This document shows, piece by piece, positions 22,682-34,400 of a stretch of 64,000 nt of DNA. Position 1 is the first letter of the stretch, and every line of letters begins with the position of its first letter. Origin of the DNA: Piromyces finnis finn. Taxonomy: Eukaryota > Fungi > Neocallimastigomycota. The translations under genes were made by a program, and so were the position numbers. The notes beneath the pieces were generated by a model, which was given only the letters and a program-made list of their open reading frames with translations, searched no databases and had not been told where the DNA came from. Location: assembly GCA_002104945.1 (NCBI GenBank), contig MCFH01000012.1, positions 248,001 to 312,000 of the forward strand, read 5' to 3'.

Positions 22682-23920
22682 ATGCCCCAACGACAACAAG
22701 TTGTACGGAGAGCGAGAAATTATCCTATTCAACAAATAGGAAGACAGGCGTTATGGAAAGTACCAATAGTAGCACGTAACGTATTACGAAGAGCAATGAG
22801 AAATAGAATGGTGCGTAATAAAGCAAGACAATTGGCTCAAAATTTAGGACGTAAAGCGAGAGATAGGATTGTACGAAGAAATCGTAGAATTGGCAATAGA
22901 CAATTCGAATCAGTTAAAGGAAATGCTGCTGGTACAACTCATACTACAACACGTATGATAGTACGTAGAACACCACGTGAACAACGATTTTTACGCAAAT
23001 TGTTTAAAACAAACCCTACTAAAAACCAATATGTAAACAGATTTGGTTTTTCTTGGATGAGTGCTGGAGCAGCCTCAAAAACTATTTGGTATAGTGTTTG
23101 TCATTTAAAGTTCAATAATTTATGTACTTATTTACAAGGTCGTAAAATCTTACTGACACAGAGTATAGAAGGGGTTTCTGCTACAATAGGCAGTGATAAA
23201 GCTGTGGGAAATTCCCCATCAGCTGGTATTTACGTTGGTAAATGTACATTCCATTACGAATTGTACAACCCAACCAATTATTTAATGACTGTATACATTT
23301 ACGATTTAATTTGTAAATGTGATACACCACATCAGATAGCATATTCTGATGCTGAAAATAATGATAATAGTGCTCCTGAAGCTTGTATGCAAAAGGATTC
23401 AAAATACATGACCGATGGAGGTTCTGCCCCAACATGGCATATTGCAGACCCTACACTCGAAATGGGTACATATTGGAATACTGTTGGTATGAAACCAACA
23501 GACTATCATTTATTTAATACAATTTGGAAAGTTTAAGGTATGAAAAAAATCATTTTACCACCTGGATCAGCACACCATCACGTGGTTATATACAATCCAA
23601 AAAAGAAGATAACCAATGCTAGTTTATTATACCCTAGAGAAACTAGACATACTAGTAATAAAATGGGTATTGGTGGCATTACACAAGCAACTTTATTTGG
23701 TTTTGAAGGTCAAATCGCAACTGAAGACAATCAACGTAGTGATGGTACAATTGTAGGTACATTACCTGGTAAATTATTGGTTAAATGTATTAAAAAAGTA
23801 AATATATGGGATCTTCCATTTAACCATCAATCAGTAACATCCGAGGACGATTTAGTAGCATCATGGACTAAACCAACTATATTCACTGATTTAGTAGAAG
23901 TCAATGCAATGTCTACATAA
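22682..23920 (+). CDS. cap: CRESS capsid protein (~412 codons) with one in-frame TAA at 23534-23536
   Basis: Arg-rich N-terminus, ambisense position next to the origin. ORFs 22682-23536 and 23540-23920 are in the same frame (IWKV*GMKKIILPPG). Confidence 0.85.
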
Positions 23921-24230
23921 GAAAACGTGACATACAACTAAGTTAACGTGTTTGGTCTCGGTGAGCCGCAGGCTCTAGACCCTGGCCGTTGACTATCACA
24001 TGTTTATATCTCATGGCGATCACGTGATGAGTCACACCCTCCCACTTATCCATAGCCAAGTGGTTCTGAGAGAATTGTTTCCTACTCTGGACGGACGGCT
24101 TTGGGGGAGTAGGAGGAACAGATTTTTTTATTTTTATTTTTATTTATTTAAAAAATGTATACAACACAAAAGTTAAATGTACATAAAACAATTATATAAT
24201 TAAATAAAGTATGATTTATTTATTAAAAAA

Positions 24231-25187
24231 TTAATTAACAATTACATTTGTATCATCTACATTGTCGTGTATTTCATAATTTTCTAATCTATTGAAATCG
24301 GTTCTGTAACCAACTGGAAGACCACCTATACTAACTCTTTCAGGAGGGAACATATCGATTACTTCAACCCTACGTTCCCATTGTGTTCTAGGTTCATCAT
24401 CTACATTTCTGTAGATTTTGCTAAACTTTTGAACACTTGTAATAATCACACATAAATAATCATTCAACATGGCTGAACCTTTGATGTTCATCCAATGTTT
24501 ATTATAGTCGATTAAATTAATAAACTCAGATGGCTTCATGTGACTATCTCTAAAATCGTCATAGATAGCCACACGAGCCATTTTAGTTACCCCAAGATAG
24601 AACCCACCGATAAACTTGATAAAATCAGTACCGCAGTTAAGAGACTCTTCCCACTCTTCTGCAATGTCAATAGCTTTGTTTGTTTTTCCTATGCCAGATG
24701 GCCCTTGAATCCAGTAGACTTTGACATTTTTTCTAAAATCCCTAGCCCTTACAACAGTATGATCCATCTTGATGTGCTTGTAGGTGTTGTAAAGGATAGC
24801 AGGGATTTCATCCGGAGAATCAAGATCCTTAAGCCTACCAACAGTAAAGTCACCCCCCTTGGTGACTGGCTCCCCTTCTTCTTCGATAACTAAGGCGGTA
24901 ACACCATCAGCCTGGTGTTTTTCGTCTTCAGCTTTACAGTACGCAATATTTTGTTGCGCACTGCCAAAGCACTTTTCAACATGGGCACCCTTGAGTTTTC
25001 TAATTGACAACCTCTTACAATTGGAATATTGCACGAACACGTGATAATGACGTTGGGCTTGACCCACGTGTTCAGTAACCAATAGATATTGGAGTCCTGT
25101 TAATCTTCTCAAGTATTGAAGTATATCTTCATAATACTCCAAGGCAGCTGGGTTGAGTGTTAAAATAAAATTACGACCTGTAGCCAT
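24231..25187 (-). CDS. rep: CRESS Rep copy 2, full length (318 aa)
   Basis: ATG at 25187. Intact motifs FILTLN, HYH, YCKAE, GPSGIGKT, IYDDF, ITS, WERR. About 80% aa identity to copy 1 (manual count ~55 differences in ~280 aa). Confidence 0.95.
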   Translation of the reverse strand: MATGRNFILTLNPAALEYYEDILQYLRRLTGLQYLLVTEHVGQAQRHYHVFVQYSNCKRLSIRKLKGAHVEKCFGSAQQNIAYCKAEDEKHQADGVTALVIEEEGEPVTKGGDFTVGRLKDLDSPDEIPAILYNTYKHIKMDHTVVRARDFRKNVKVYWIQGPSGIGKTNKAIDIAEEWEESLNCGTDFIKFIGGFYLGVTKMARVAIYDDFRDSHMKPSEFINLIDYNKHWMNIKGSAMLNDYLCVIITSVQKFSKIYRNVDDEPRTQWERRVEVIDMFPPERVSIGGLPVGYRTDFNRLENYEIHDNVDDTNVIVN

Positions 25188-25221
25188 ACCTAAAATTTTT
25201 TTAAAAAAATTCAACATAAGA

Positions 25222-25254
25222 TTAGCTCTCTGTATAGTATTACCAGAGAGCTAA
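25222..25254 (+). other. Rolling-circle origin stem-loop 2
   Basis: 11-bp stem TTAGCTCTCTG/CAGAGAGCTAA with the same loop; nonamer at 25235-25243. Confidence 0.95.
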
Positions 25255-25425
25255 CGTTGAGTATTTATATAAATTAAAAATTAATAACGACACTTAGATT
25301 TTTTTTCAAAAATTGAGAATTTCCATTTTTTGAAAATTCTCAAAATTTTTCTAAGTGTCGTGGAAGTGTCCATGTCCAAATTATTATGACGTGCCAATGT
25401 CCATAATTTTTTGGGTTGTCCGGGA

Positions 25426-26230
25426 TGGAAAAATGTTAGAATTAAAAGAAATACTGATCTTCATCTATCTTTAATTTCACAAGGTAAATTTAATTCATAT
25501 AGTTTTGAAAATTACGATACAAACTACTATTACCCTAAATCATCAGGAAAGGGAGTTGATATTTATATTTTAGATTCTGATTTTAATTTTAATCAATCTG
25601 AGTATTTTAATAGCAATGAAAGAGAGACTAAATGTTTGGGTATTTTTCGTAATGGCACACTTGTTAAATCCGAAGATTGTTCCATGCCTAATGACCCACA
25701 TGGAGAATTAGTTGCTGATGCCGTTGGAGGTATTAAACATGGTGTTGCTGAAAGGGCTAATATTTATGGTATGGCTATTGAATTCGATGGTGAAGATGGA
25801 ACAACAATCAATAGATCAAATTTTATAAAAACTCTTGAGTATGTTAGAAAAAATATACCAATGAAAAAAAATAAATCTATATTAAGTATTTCTTTAGGCG
25901 AATATTTTTCTGTTGAAAGGGATGCAGAAACCATCAATTTTATTAAAGAAAATTTCGAAAACCTTAATGCAAAAGGTATTGTAGTTATTACTTCTTCAGG
26001 TAATAACGCAAATAATATAATTACTGAATATAAAAATGAAAAATATATAAGACTACCATGTGCCTTGGATAGTGTTATTTGTGTCGGTAGTATTGACAAT
26101 TACGGTTATTACAGTGATCCATACTTAACTCTTGGGGCGGCTATGGACATGAAATACATGAATCCAAATAATTATTCAAGAGCCCCTTTCTCGAATTATG
26201 GTGAAAAAGTCAATATTTTAGCACCAGGTC
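25426..26230 (+). pseudogene. Subtilisin-like (S8) serine protease fragment
   Basis: GKGVDIYILDS (catalytic Asp), PHGELVA (His), SSGN (oxyanion Asn), FSNYG..VNILAPG. Lacks signal/propeptide and the catalytic Ser region. Confidence 0.85.
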
Positions 26231-26259
26231 TTCGGCGATACGACCCTTAGGACGGGCAG

Positions 26260-26852
26260 TGTCACAATAACATATATAAAAAATTAAAAATTTTTTTAAA
26301 ATTTGAAAATTTGAAAATTTGAAAAAATTTATTTTTTAAATTTTTATTAAAAAATTTCAAATTATAAAATTTCTAATATTTGAAATTATTAAATTTTTTT
26401 TAAAATTATTAAAATTTTATTATTAAAAATTTTATTTTAAATTTATTAACTATTTACAATAATTATATTAATTGTTAATTTATAAAAATTAAATATTTTA
26501 TAATTAGACAATAATTAATTAATTTTAAAAAATGTAATAATTAAAATTGTTCATGTATAAAAAGAACAAAAATTGACAAAAATTACGAAGCATGAGCGTT
26601 AGTAATTTTTTAACTTAAAGTTAATAAAATTTATAAACTCCTATAAAACCTAAAACTTTAAAAATTTTAATATTTTTAATAACTTAATATATGCTGATAT
26701 TAAGTTATTGCTAAAATAAAAATATTATTTAATTTTCTTTATATAAATATTATTATCTTTACGCCTTCAATAGGAAAGCGTATTATATTTGTTAATTAAT
26801 ATAACTAGTGTGCTTACCACACTTTTCTTTAATAAAAAATCGCTTTTTGACA
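26260..26852. mobile_element. LTR family A copy (inverted relative to 13318-13934)
   Basis: Reverse complement of 13318-13934. No TSD. Preceded by purine-rich AGGACGGGCAG (PPT-like). Confidence 0.85.
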
Positions 26853-28342
26853 GATTCATGTTACGGTTCGAATAATATATCATAATTTTAAATAATAGTA
26901 ATATTTTTTGTGAAGATATTAACTGGATTTAAAACAAATTCAGATAATATCTATAATTAATTAAACATAATAATTATAATTAAATAATTTCAATAATTAT
27001 TTTAAAACACCTTTAAAAGTCACCTTTTAAATTTTGATTAAGTGAAAAGGTTATGATTTCAAAAATTTAATATCAATACACTATAACCCTTAACCAAAAA
27101 TAAACAAACACGAAACAAGGCGTAACTCGCCAAAAACGATCGCTACGACTGTAAGTGCTACGGCTGTGAAACCAGGTTTATTAGAAAGCTTATGGGAAAA
27201 GCTATATTTTGGTACAATCGCGGTCCTTCTAACTGGTCATTTAAGAAAGATATGGTAATTTGAAGATTTTAATAAGTAAATTAAAATCAATATGATATCA
27301 AGTATGGATCACAGACATTTCTTATGACTTGACGAAAATTAAAAAGATATCAATAGAAATTTTAATTATATTAATTTAATTAATGATAGTGACTGTTACT
27401 AAAAATAGAACTAAACCATTTAGGTGTAACAGTTAACATTTATAAATTAAATAATTCTAATTATTATAAAATAGGTTAATGGATCAAGTGTTTAAATGAT
27501 TAATCATATGTTTATTTTATTTTATGTCATGACAAAACAAACAAACAAACAAACAATCTTATTATGTTATTAATATATTACATGTAATACTTTATTTTTA
27601 TCAATTTAATAATCTGAACAAAGAATATAAAATAGAATGAATTGAATTCGATTTTAATCCTTTGTAAAGTTTATAGTTATAATCTTAATTATATAGTTAT
27701 TAAATATATTATCATTTATATTATTATTACTAAATAAATAAAATTTTATAAAAAAGTTATTCTAAAAAATAAATATAAATTTTTCATTTGGAAGTTTAAA
27801 GGGTTATTTTATATTTAAATTTAATTTCTTAAAAAACATATTTACTATATAATTAATAACATTCTGACCTGGACGCATAACCAAATCCCAAAACTTAACA
27901 TTTTTTTTTTTTATTTTATTTTTATTCAATTTTTAGTAATTTTTTTAAAAACTTGCGTACTTTTTGAAACTATCCATCATTTGGAATTTAATGATTTTGG
28001 ATAGCTAAAATTTTAAATTAATTCCATTCATAATATATGGATCATTCATTGTAACATATATTAATTAAATCATTAATATATATTATGAATCATCTATTAA
28101 TATTAGAACAGATAAATTTTTAATTTATATTTAATAAATTTTTAATTTGCTTTACATTTAGTATTTTTAATTTCATATATTAACTAATAGACTTATAGCA
28201 TATAATAAATTTATATTATCCTATTAATTATGTCCTTTTTTAGACAAAAAGATTAATTTTTATGTAAAGGTATCTTCTGTTATTTGTGTAACAATTACCT
28301 TTCTTAGTAATTAAATTATAGTTAAAATTCATTTAATATTTT

Positions 28343-29117
28343 TGTAAAAGTATAAAATTTAAAACAGATTTCATACTTAAAACAAAACAATTTTTATTAA
28401 CACAAAAATAAAAAATAAAACATTAAATTTTTATTTTAAAAATCATTTTATTTAAAACTCTTAAAAAGATTATTAACTATATAATAGTTAATAATTAAAA
28501 AATTGAAAATAACAATTATATCGATTTAATAAACAAAAATTACATGTATTTATATTTTTTCATAATTATATTCTAATATATTATTCTATTTAAATAAACA
28601 TATATTTAATATAAAATAAACAACACTAATCTAATTAAATAATAAAATAACAGAACTAAACTAAACTAATTCATTATACTTTTAATTCAATTTAAGTAAA
28701 CTCAAAATTGAATAAAGCCCATGTATTTTCTATAAATTAATTTAATATTATCAATACTATTCTTAATATATTTCCTATTGAAATATAAATAAATCTATTT
28801 TTAAAACTAAGTTAAAATTATTAAACTATTCTAAATTTAAATAAAAAAGTATAATCTATTCTAAAATTAAATAAAAAGTATTTAAAAAAATATTTTAATT
28901 ATTTAAAATATTTGAAATATTTAAATTTAATTAAAATTCTTTTATTCCTTAAACTTAAATATTTATCTTAATTTAAATTTAACGGAATTATTATAAAATA
29001 ATTTATTACATAAAATTTATTCAAAAATTTTATAATCAGTTTTACTAAATATTAATTTATTATTTAATAATTAATAATTAATTATTAAATAATCTAAAGA
29101 TATATATTATCTTTACA
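28343..29117 (-). mobile_element. Diverged solo LTR family D
   Basis: Reverse-complement similarity to 15529-16252, TGTA...TACA termini, TSD ATTTT. Confidence 0.75.
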
Positions 29118-29431
29118 ATTTTTAATTTAGGAATATTATATAATAAAGTTAATAAAATAAATCTTAATTATTAATAAAATATCATTGATTATTTTAATAA
29201 TAAAATTCAAGTAAACTTTTTCAAAGTATAAGTTATTATACTTAGGTATAGTAATAAAATATAATTACTTAATGTTGTTTAAAAATCGAGTTAAACAACA
29301 TTAAGGAATATAAATAGTTGATGGTTGAATTTCTATAATTCTGGCAAATTCAACTATTTAGGTTCATTTCTTAACATTCATTACAATATTTTTAACTTTG
29401 TTGTAGTCGGAAATAGTAGGTTGTTCAGATT

Positions 29432-30071
29432 TGTCAAGAATCTAAGTGGGTTTAAGTTTATAATTAAGTCTACTAGGTTAGGATAGGCTTAATTATATAG
29501 TAAAGTAAGTGTTAAGATAAGGAATAATAAATATAGTTTTTAAAGAATTATTTTATTCAGCTTTTTATTAATATATAAATAATAATTATTAATTTTTAAA
29601 TATTGAATTTACTATATAAAAAATGAGTATTAATAATCTCACAAAGAACTTCTTAAAATCGTTCTTTGTTCAACTTATTTATACTTTCATTTTTAATATA
29701 ATATTGATATTAATAAAGTATAATAATAATAATATTTTTAAGTTATACATGTATAGTAATATAAATATAAATATTAATAAAATATAATAATAATATAATA
29801 TAATTTTCTTTAAATATTGATATTAAAAAGTTGTTAAAAATAATATTAATAATTGTTTAAATGAATCTTATTTTACTAATTGGTTTGTTTAATATTAATT
29901 AATTGTTACACTATTTATCTCCGGATAATAAATAGCTTCCCAATTAATATTTATATTAAAAACTATTATTAGTAAAATATTATTAAATTAATATTTTAAT
30001 TAATTTAATTAATAATTTCAAAATTATGAAATTTCATGAAATGTCAAATTTCATGAATTGAGATTTTGACA
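29432..30071 (-). mobile_element. LTR family B copy
   Basis: Reverse complement of 39634-40283, TGTCAA...TTGACA. No TSD. Confidence 0.8.
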
Positions 30072-30640
30072 AACCATATATTCTGGTCACCATTTATTGG
30101 CCAGATATATGTATAACCATATATTAATGGTTATTAATTAAATAGGAAGTTTATTTGCTTTACCCAATCAAGTGGTAAAGAAAATAAACTAATATAGTTA
30201 AATAGTATAGTTAAAACTAACGTTAAATACTTTAGCGTTAGTATTAAAGTAAATTAATAGCTAAAATAATAATTAATGTATTATAATTATACTAAATAAA
30301 TAAAAGATATAATTAAAAACAATTATTTAAGTAAATTTATTTCATAATAATATTTATATATACTTATATTTATTTTTGTGTTATAATATTTATTTTCTTT
30401 CTTTTATTATTTTTTATAAAACTTTATTTAGTTATTAACTCGTATAGAGAGGTAATAACTAACTTAATTAACTAATTATATAACTTATTAACTAATTTTA
30501 TAAAAACACCTTTTACAATACTAACGCTTTATAGTTAGTTCTTACGTTAGTTTTAGTTTTAATTAGGTTAGTTTCATTAAAAGTTCTTAAAAAACCTATT
30601 TTATTTTATTGAAATTATTGTTTAATAATAATCATTTACA
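30072..30640 (+). mobile_element. LTR family C copy, 5' end replaced by LTR-B
   Basis: Reverse complement of 1-545; ends CATTTACA. Confidence 0.75.
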
Positions 30641-30888
30641 ATATTTTATATAATATTCAAATATTATATTTAAAAGAAGTAAATTTATTATTAAAAATAA
30701 ATATTTTATAATAGTTAGTAATAAAAAGTTAATTATTTTTAAATTTTAAAATTCATCATAACAATATTTTATATAATAAATTCTTTAAATTATTGAAAGA
30801 ATTTATTTTAGAATTAGAAATGAAAAATACAGGTAAGTCTCCTAACCCTCGAGGTGTCCATAAATTGGACACCAAAACATCATTCGTA

Positions 30889-31486
30889 TGTCAAAAAGCG
30901 ATTTTTTATTAAAGAAAAGTGTGGTAAGCACACTAGTTATATTAATTAACAAATATAATACGCTTTCCTATTGAAGGCGTAAAGATAATAATATTTATAT
31001 AAAGAAAATTAAATAATATTTTTATTTTAGCAATAACTTAATATCAGCATATATTAAGTTATTAAAAATATTAAAATTTTTAAAGTTTTTGGGTTTTATA
31101 GAAGTTTATAAATTTTATTAACTTTAAGTTAAAAAATTACTAACGCTCATGCTTCGTAATTTTTGTCAATTTTTGTTCTTTTTATACATGAACAATTTTA
31201 ATTATTACATTTTTTAATTTTAATTAATTATTGTCTAATTATAAAATATTTAATTTTTATAAATTAATAATTAATATAATTATTGTAAATAGTTAATAAA
31301 TTTAAAATAAAATTTTTAATAATAAAATTTTAATAATTTTAAAAAAAATTTAATAATTTCAAATATTAGAAATTTTATAATTTGAAATTTTTTAATAAAA
31401 ATTTAAAAAATAAATTTTTTCAAATTTTCAAATTTAAAAAAAATTTTTAATTTTTTCCATGTGTCCAAATTTTTTAAATTTTTATA
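30889..31486. mobile_element. LTR family A copy truncated by element 3
   Basis: Matches 13318 onward and stops ~15 bp short of the family end. Confidence 0.85.
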
Positions 31487-34400
31487 TGTAAAATATTGTA
31501 TTAATAGAATAATGTATTTAATACGTATTTAAAATAATGTATAATGTATTAAATTAATGTACCGTAAATTTTCATAAAATTTATATCACAATACATTAAC
31601 ATAAATTTATGTAAAATATAATTTTATGATAAGATAAAGTTTTTGATGATAAAATAAAATTTTAAATTAAATAATTTTTAACCAATAAATATTTTAGATA
31701 ATAAAAAATTTTTTTTATAAACTAAGCCTCAAAATTAGAAATAAATATATTGAATATATGTTTGAAATATAATCAACCATATAGTAAATAAATCAAAACT
31801 TTATTTTAAGTTTAGAAAATTCTTTAGTAAATAAATTGAATTTAAATAGTTTAATACAAATAATTTCTTTTAATAAATGTATAAATGTAAACAATTTAAA
31901 ATTATAATATTAAAACATGTATATTAGAATTTATTCAATTTATTTAAAAAGTATAAATAAAGAAAATTTTTCAACTATTGAAACGATAGTTGGAAAATCG
32001 TATAGGTTAATTTTGTTTAGATAAATTAACATTAGTTTATAATTAGTTTAGTTGTTTTTTTATAATAAATATTGATTACCTAGTGAGGGCTCTGGTAAAA
32101 TATCCTTCACGGTAAAGTAATCAACGGTTGTTTTAGTTTAGTTATTTTAAAATAATTTAATAAATAAAATAAAAAAAAAAAAATTAAAAATAATTTAAAG
32201 TTTAGTTTAGTCTATTGAGTGTATACAAACCTGAACTGTAGTATAGTTTATTTTACAATTTTCCAACTTATTAGAATAGAAAGTTCACCTTTGTATACGA
32301 ATAGTAATAGAAAATAATATAAAAAAAATTAATAATTAACTATAGTGAGAATTTAATAATAGAATTAAATTTGGGGATTGAATATTAAAAAAAAAAAAAA
32401 AAATTTTTTTGTTGTTAGAAATTAATTTTAGTTAATTTCGGGGTATTTTAAAACTATTTGGTATAGAATAATTTGTTGTTAAAATAGTTTAATAGTTAAT
32501 AATTAATAAATAGTAATAATATAAAAATACTAGTTTAGTTAATAATATATAATACATTATTTGGTTTTAGTTATTAATAAGAAAGTTTAAAATAAGTATA
32601 GAAAATAAAGTTGAGTAAATTAAATAATTGGGATATTAATTATTGGTTAATAATTTGTTGTTTATTAAGTAAAAGTAAAATGGATAGAAATAGTTATTTA
32701 AGAATAAACAACCGTGACGATGGAATAGCTGGAGTCAGTGACGCAGGCTCTGAGGCGAGTTCCATGATGGATATTGAGGATGAGACTAGTAAAAGCGTTA
32801 ACACCAGGGGAAAACTCATCCCAAAACCTCCAAGTTTTTCAGGAAAAAGAAGTGAACTTCTTTATTTCCTGGCAAGACTGGAGAAATATTTCAAGTATAA
32901 CTTAGAAGAAGATGCTACCGACGCCTACAAGCTGGATATCTTGGGATGCTACCTGGAAGGAACCGCCGCCGAATGGTTTGCCGACTTAGAACGAGAAGAA
33001 AGCCCCCTGTTGAACTCTTACGAAGATTTTATTGAGGCAATAAAGGCTCGCTACAAGACTTGCAACAGCGCCGACGTAGCTAACAGTCGGTTGGTGAAGA
33101 TAAAAGCAGGACAATTCAGAAACGTAATGGACTACTGTGAAGCTTTTGAGAAGATGGCCAGGGATTCGTCATTTAATGATGAAGCTAAGATCTACTTCTT
33201 TATGGAAGGACTACCAACATCCGTCAAGGACAAAGCAAGGCTACTATATCCAAAAATTAGAAAACTTACCGAATTGATCAATGTGGTTGCCGCTAATGCC
33301 GAAGTTGAATGGAAGATTTATGGAAAAGATCCCATGGAGGTTGACGGAAAGAAAGTTAGAAGATATAATAGACACTTAGGAACTAACAGATATGCTTCTT
33401 ATGGAACCAAGTATAATAACTATGTGGATCAAGAAGACTACCAAAATTCGACCAAACCAAGAAAATGCTTTTTCTGCAAAAGGACTGAACACTTGAAGAA
33501 AGATTGTCCTCAACTTAAGGACAAAATAATAAATCGACCAAAAGCATTTATGGCTACTACCGCTGGAAGAATGTTAAATGTTTAAGATATTCTGTTACAA
33601 GTTAATAGTGGTGTGTATCTTAAGGCTCTTGTGGATTCTGGCTCGGACTTGGACTTTTTGGATTGGAAGGCTGTTGATAAGTACAAGATTTCATTCCAAA
33701 GAATGTTTAAGGATAAGTATGTGGAAGGCATAAGTGGTAATGGATTCTTGAAGTATGAAACAATTCCTTTGATCATGAATATCAAGAATCATAAGGAATC
33801 CATTCAATTCTACCTTACCGATCTTCCTTCTGGTATTTCTGATATTTTGGGCAAGAATTGGTTAAGAAAACATGATCCTACAATTAGCTTTAAGGATCAA
33901 ACTCTAGAATTTAAGTCCAAATTATGTTCTTTAAATTGCTGTGCTACTCCAGGAGAAATGGAAAAAAGAAGCAAAGAAGAAGAATTGTCCAAGGAAGAAG
34001 AAAGAAGAAAAGAAAAGGAACTTGTACAAGAAATACTCAGCAACTATAAAAATAGTTTAAAAATTAGAGATAGTGAAATTAAAAATAAAGAAAATAGAAA
34101 AATTATAGATAAAACTAAAAGTACATGTATTAAAAAGAAATGTAATAAAAACTTAAAATTAAATAAAAGGAATGTTCAAAAGTATATTGTATGTAGTGTT
34201 ATTTCAAATGAAGGAAATAAAGGTGAAGATGTTGAAGAAAGTGTTGTAGAAATTCCTGATGTATATAAGGAATTTGAAAGTGTATTTGATGAAGTTGAGT
34301 GTAATGAACTACCTCCACATCGAATATACGATTGTAAAATAAGATTGAAAGATAAAGATAACTTATTTTATGGTCCGTTATACCCTTTGACAGAAGAAGA

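Larger units (their letters stand above)
21682..25285. mobile_element. Endogenous CRESS-DNA (Cressdnaviricota) virus, head-to-tail partial tandem repeat (~1.35 genomes)
   Basis: Rep(-), origin, Cap(+), 3' intergenic region, Rep(-), origin. Clearly more GC-rich than the host intergenic DNA. Confidence 0.95.

Noticed and set aside
23534-23536. Alternative genetic code (TAA=Gln) virus
   Set aside because: Only one internal TAA; Cap and Rep2 are otherwise open and end at ordinary stops in the standard code.
16920-26852. One LTR element carrying virus and protease as cargo
   Set aside because: LTR-A at 26260 has no matching copy upstream of the 16920 PBS, and there is no TSD.
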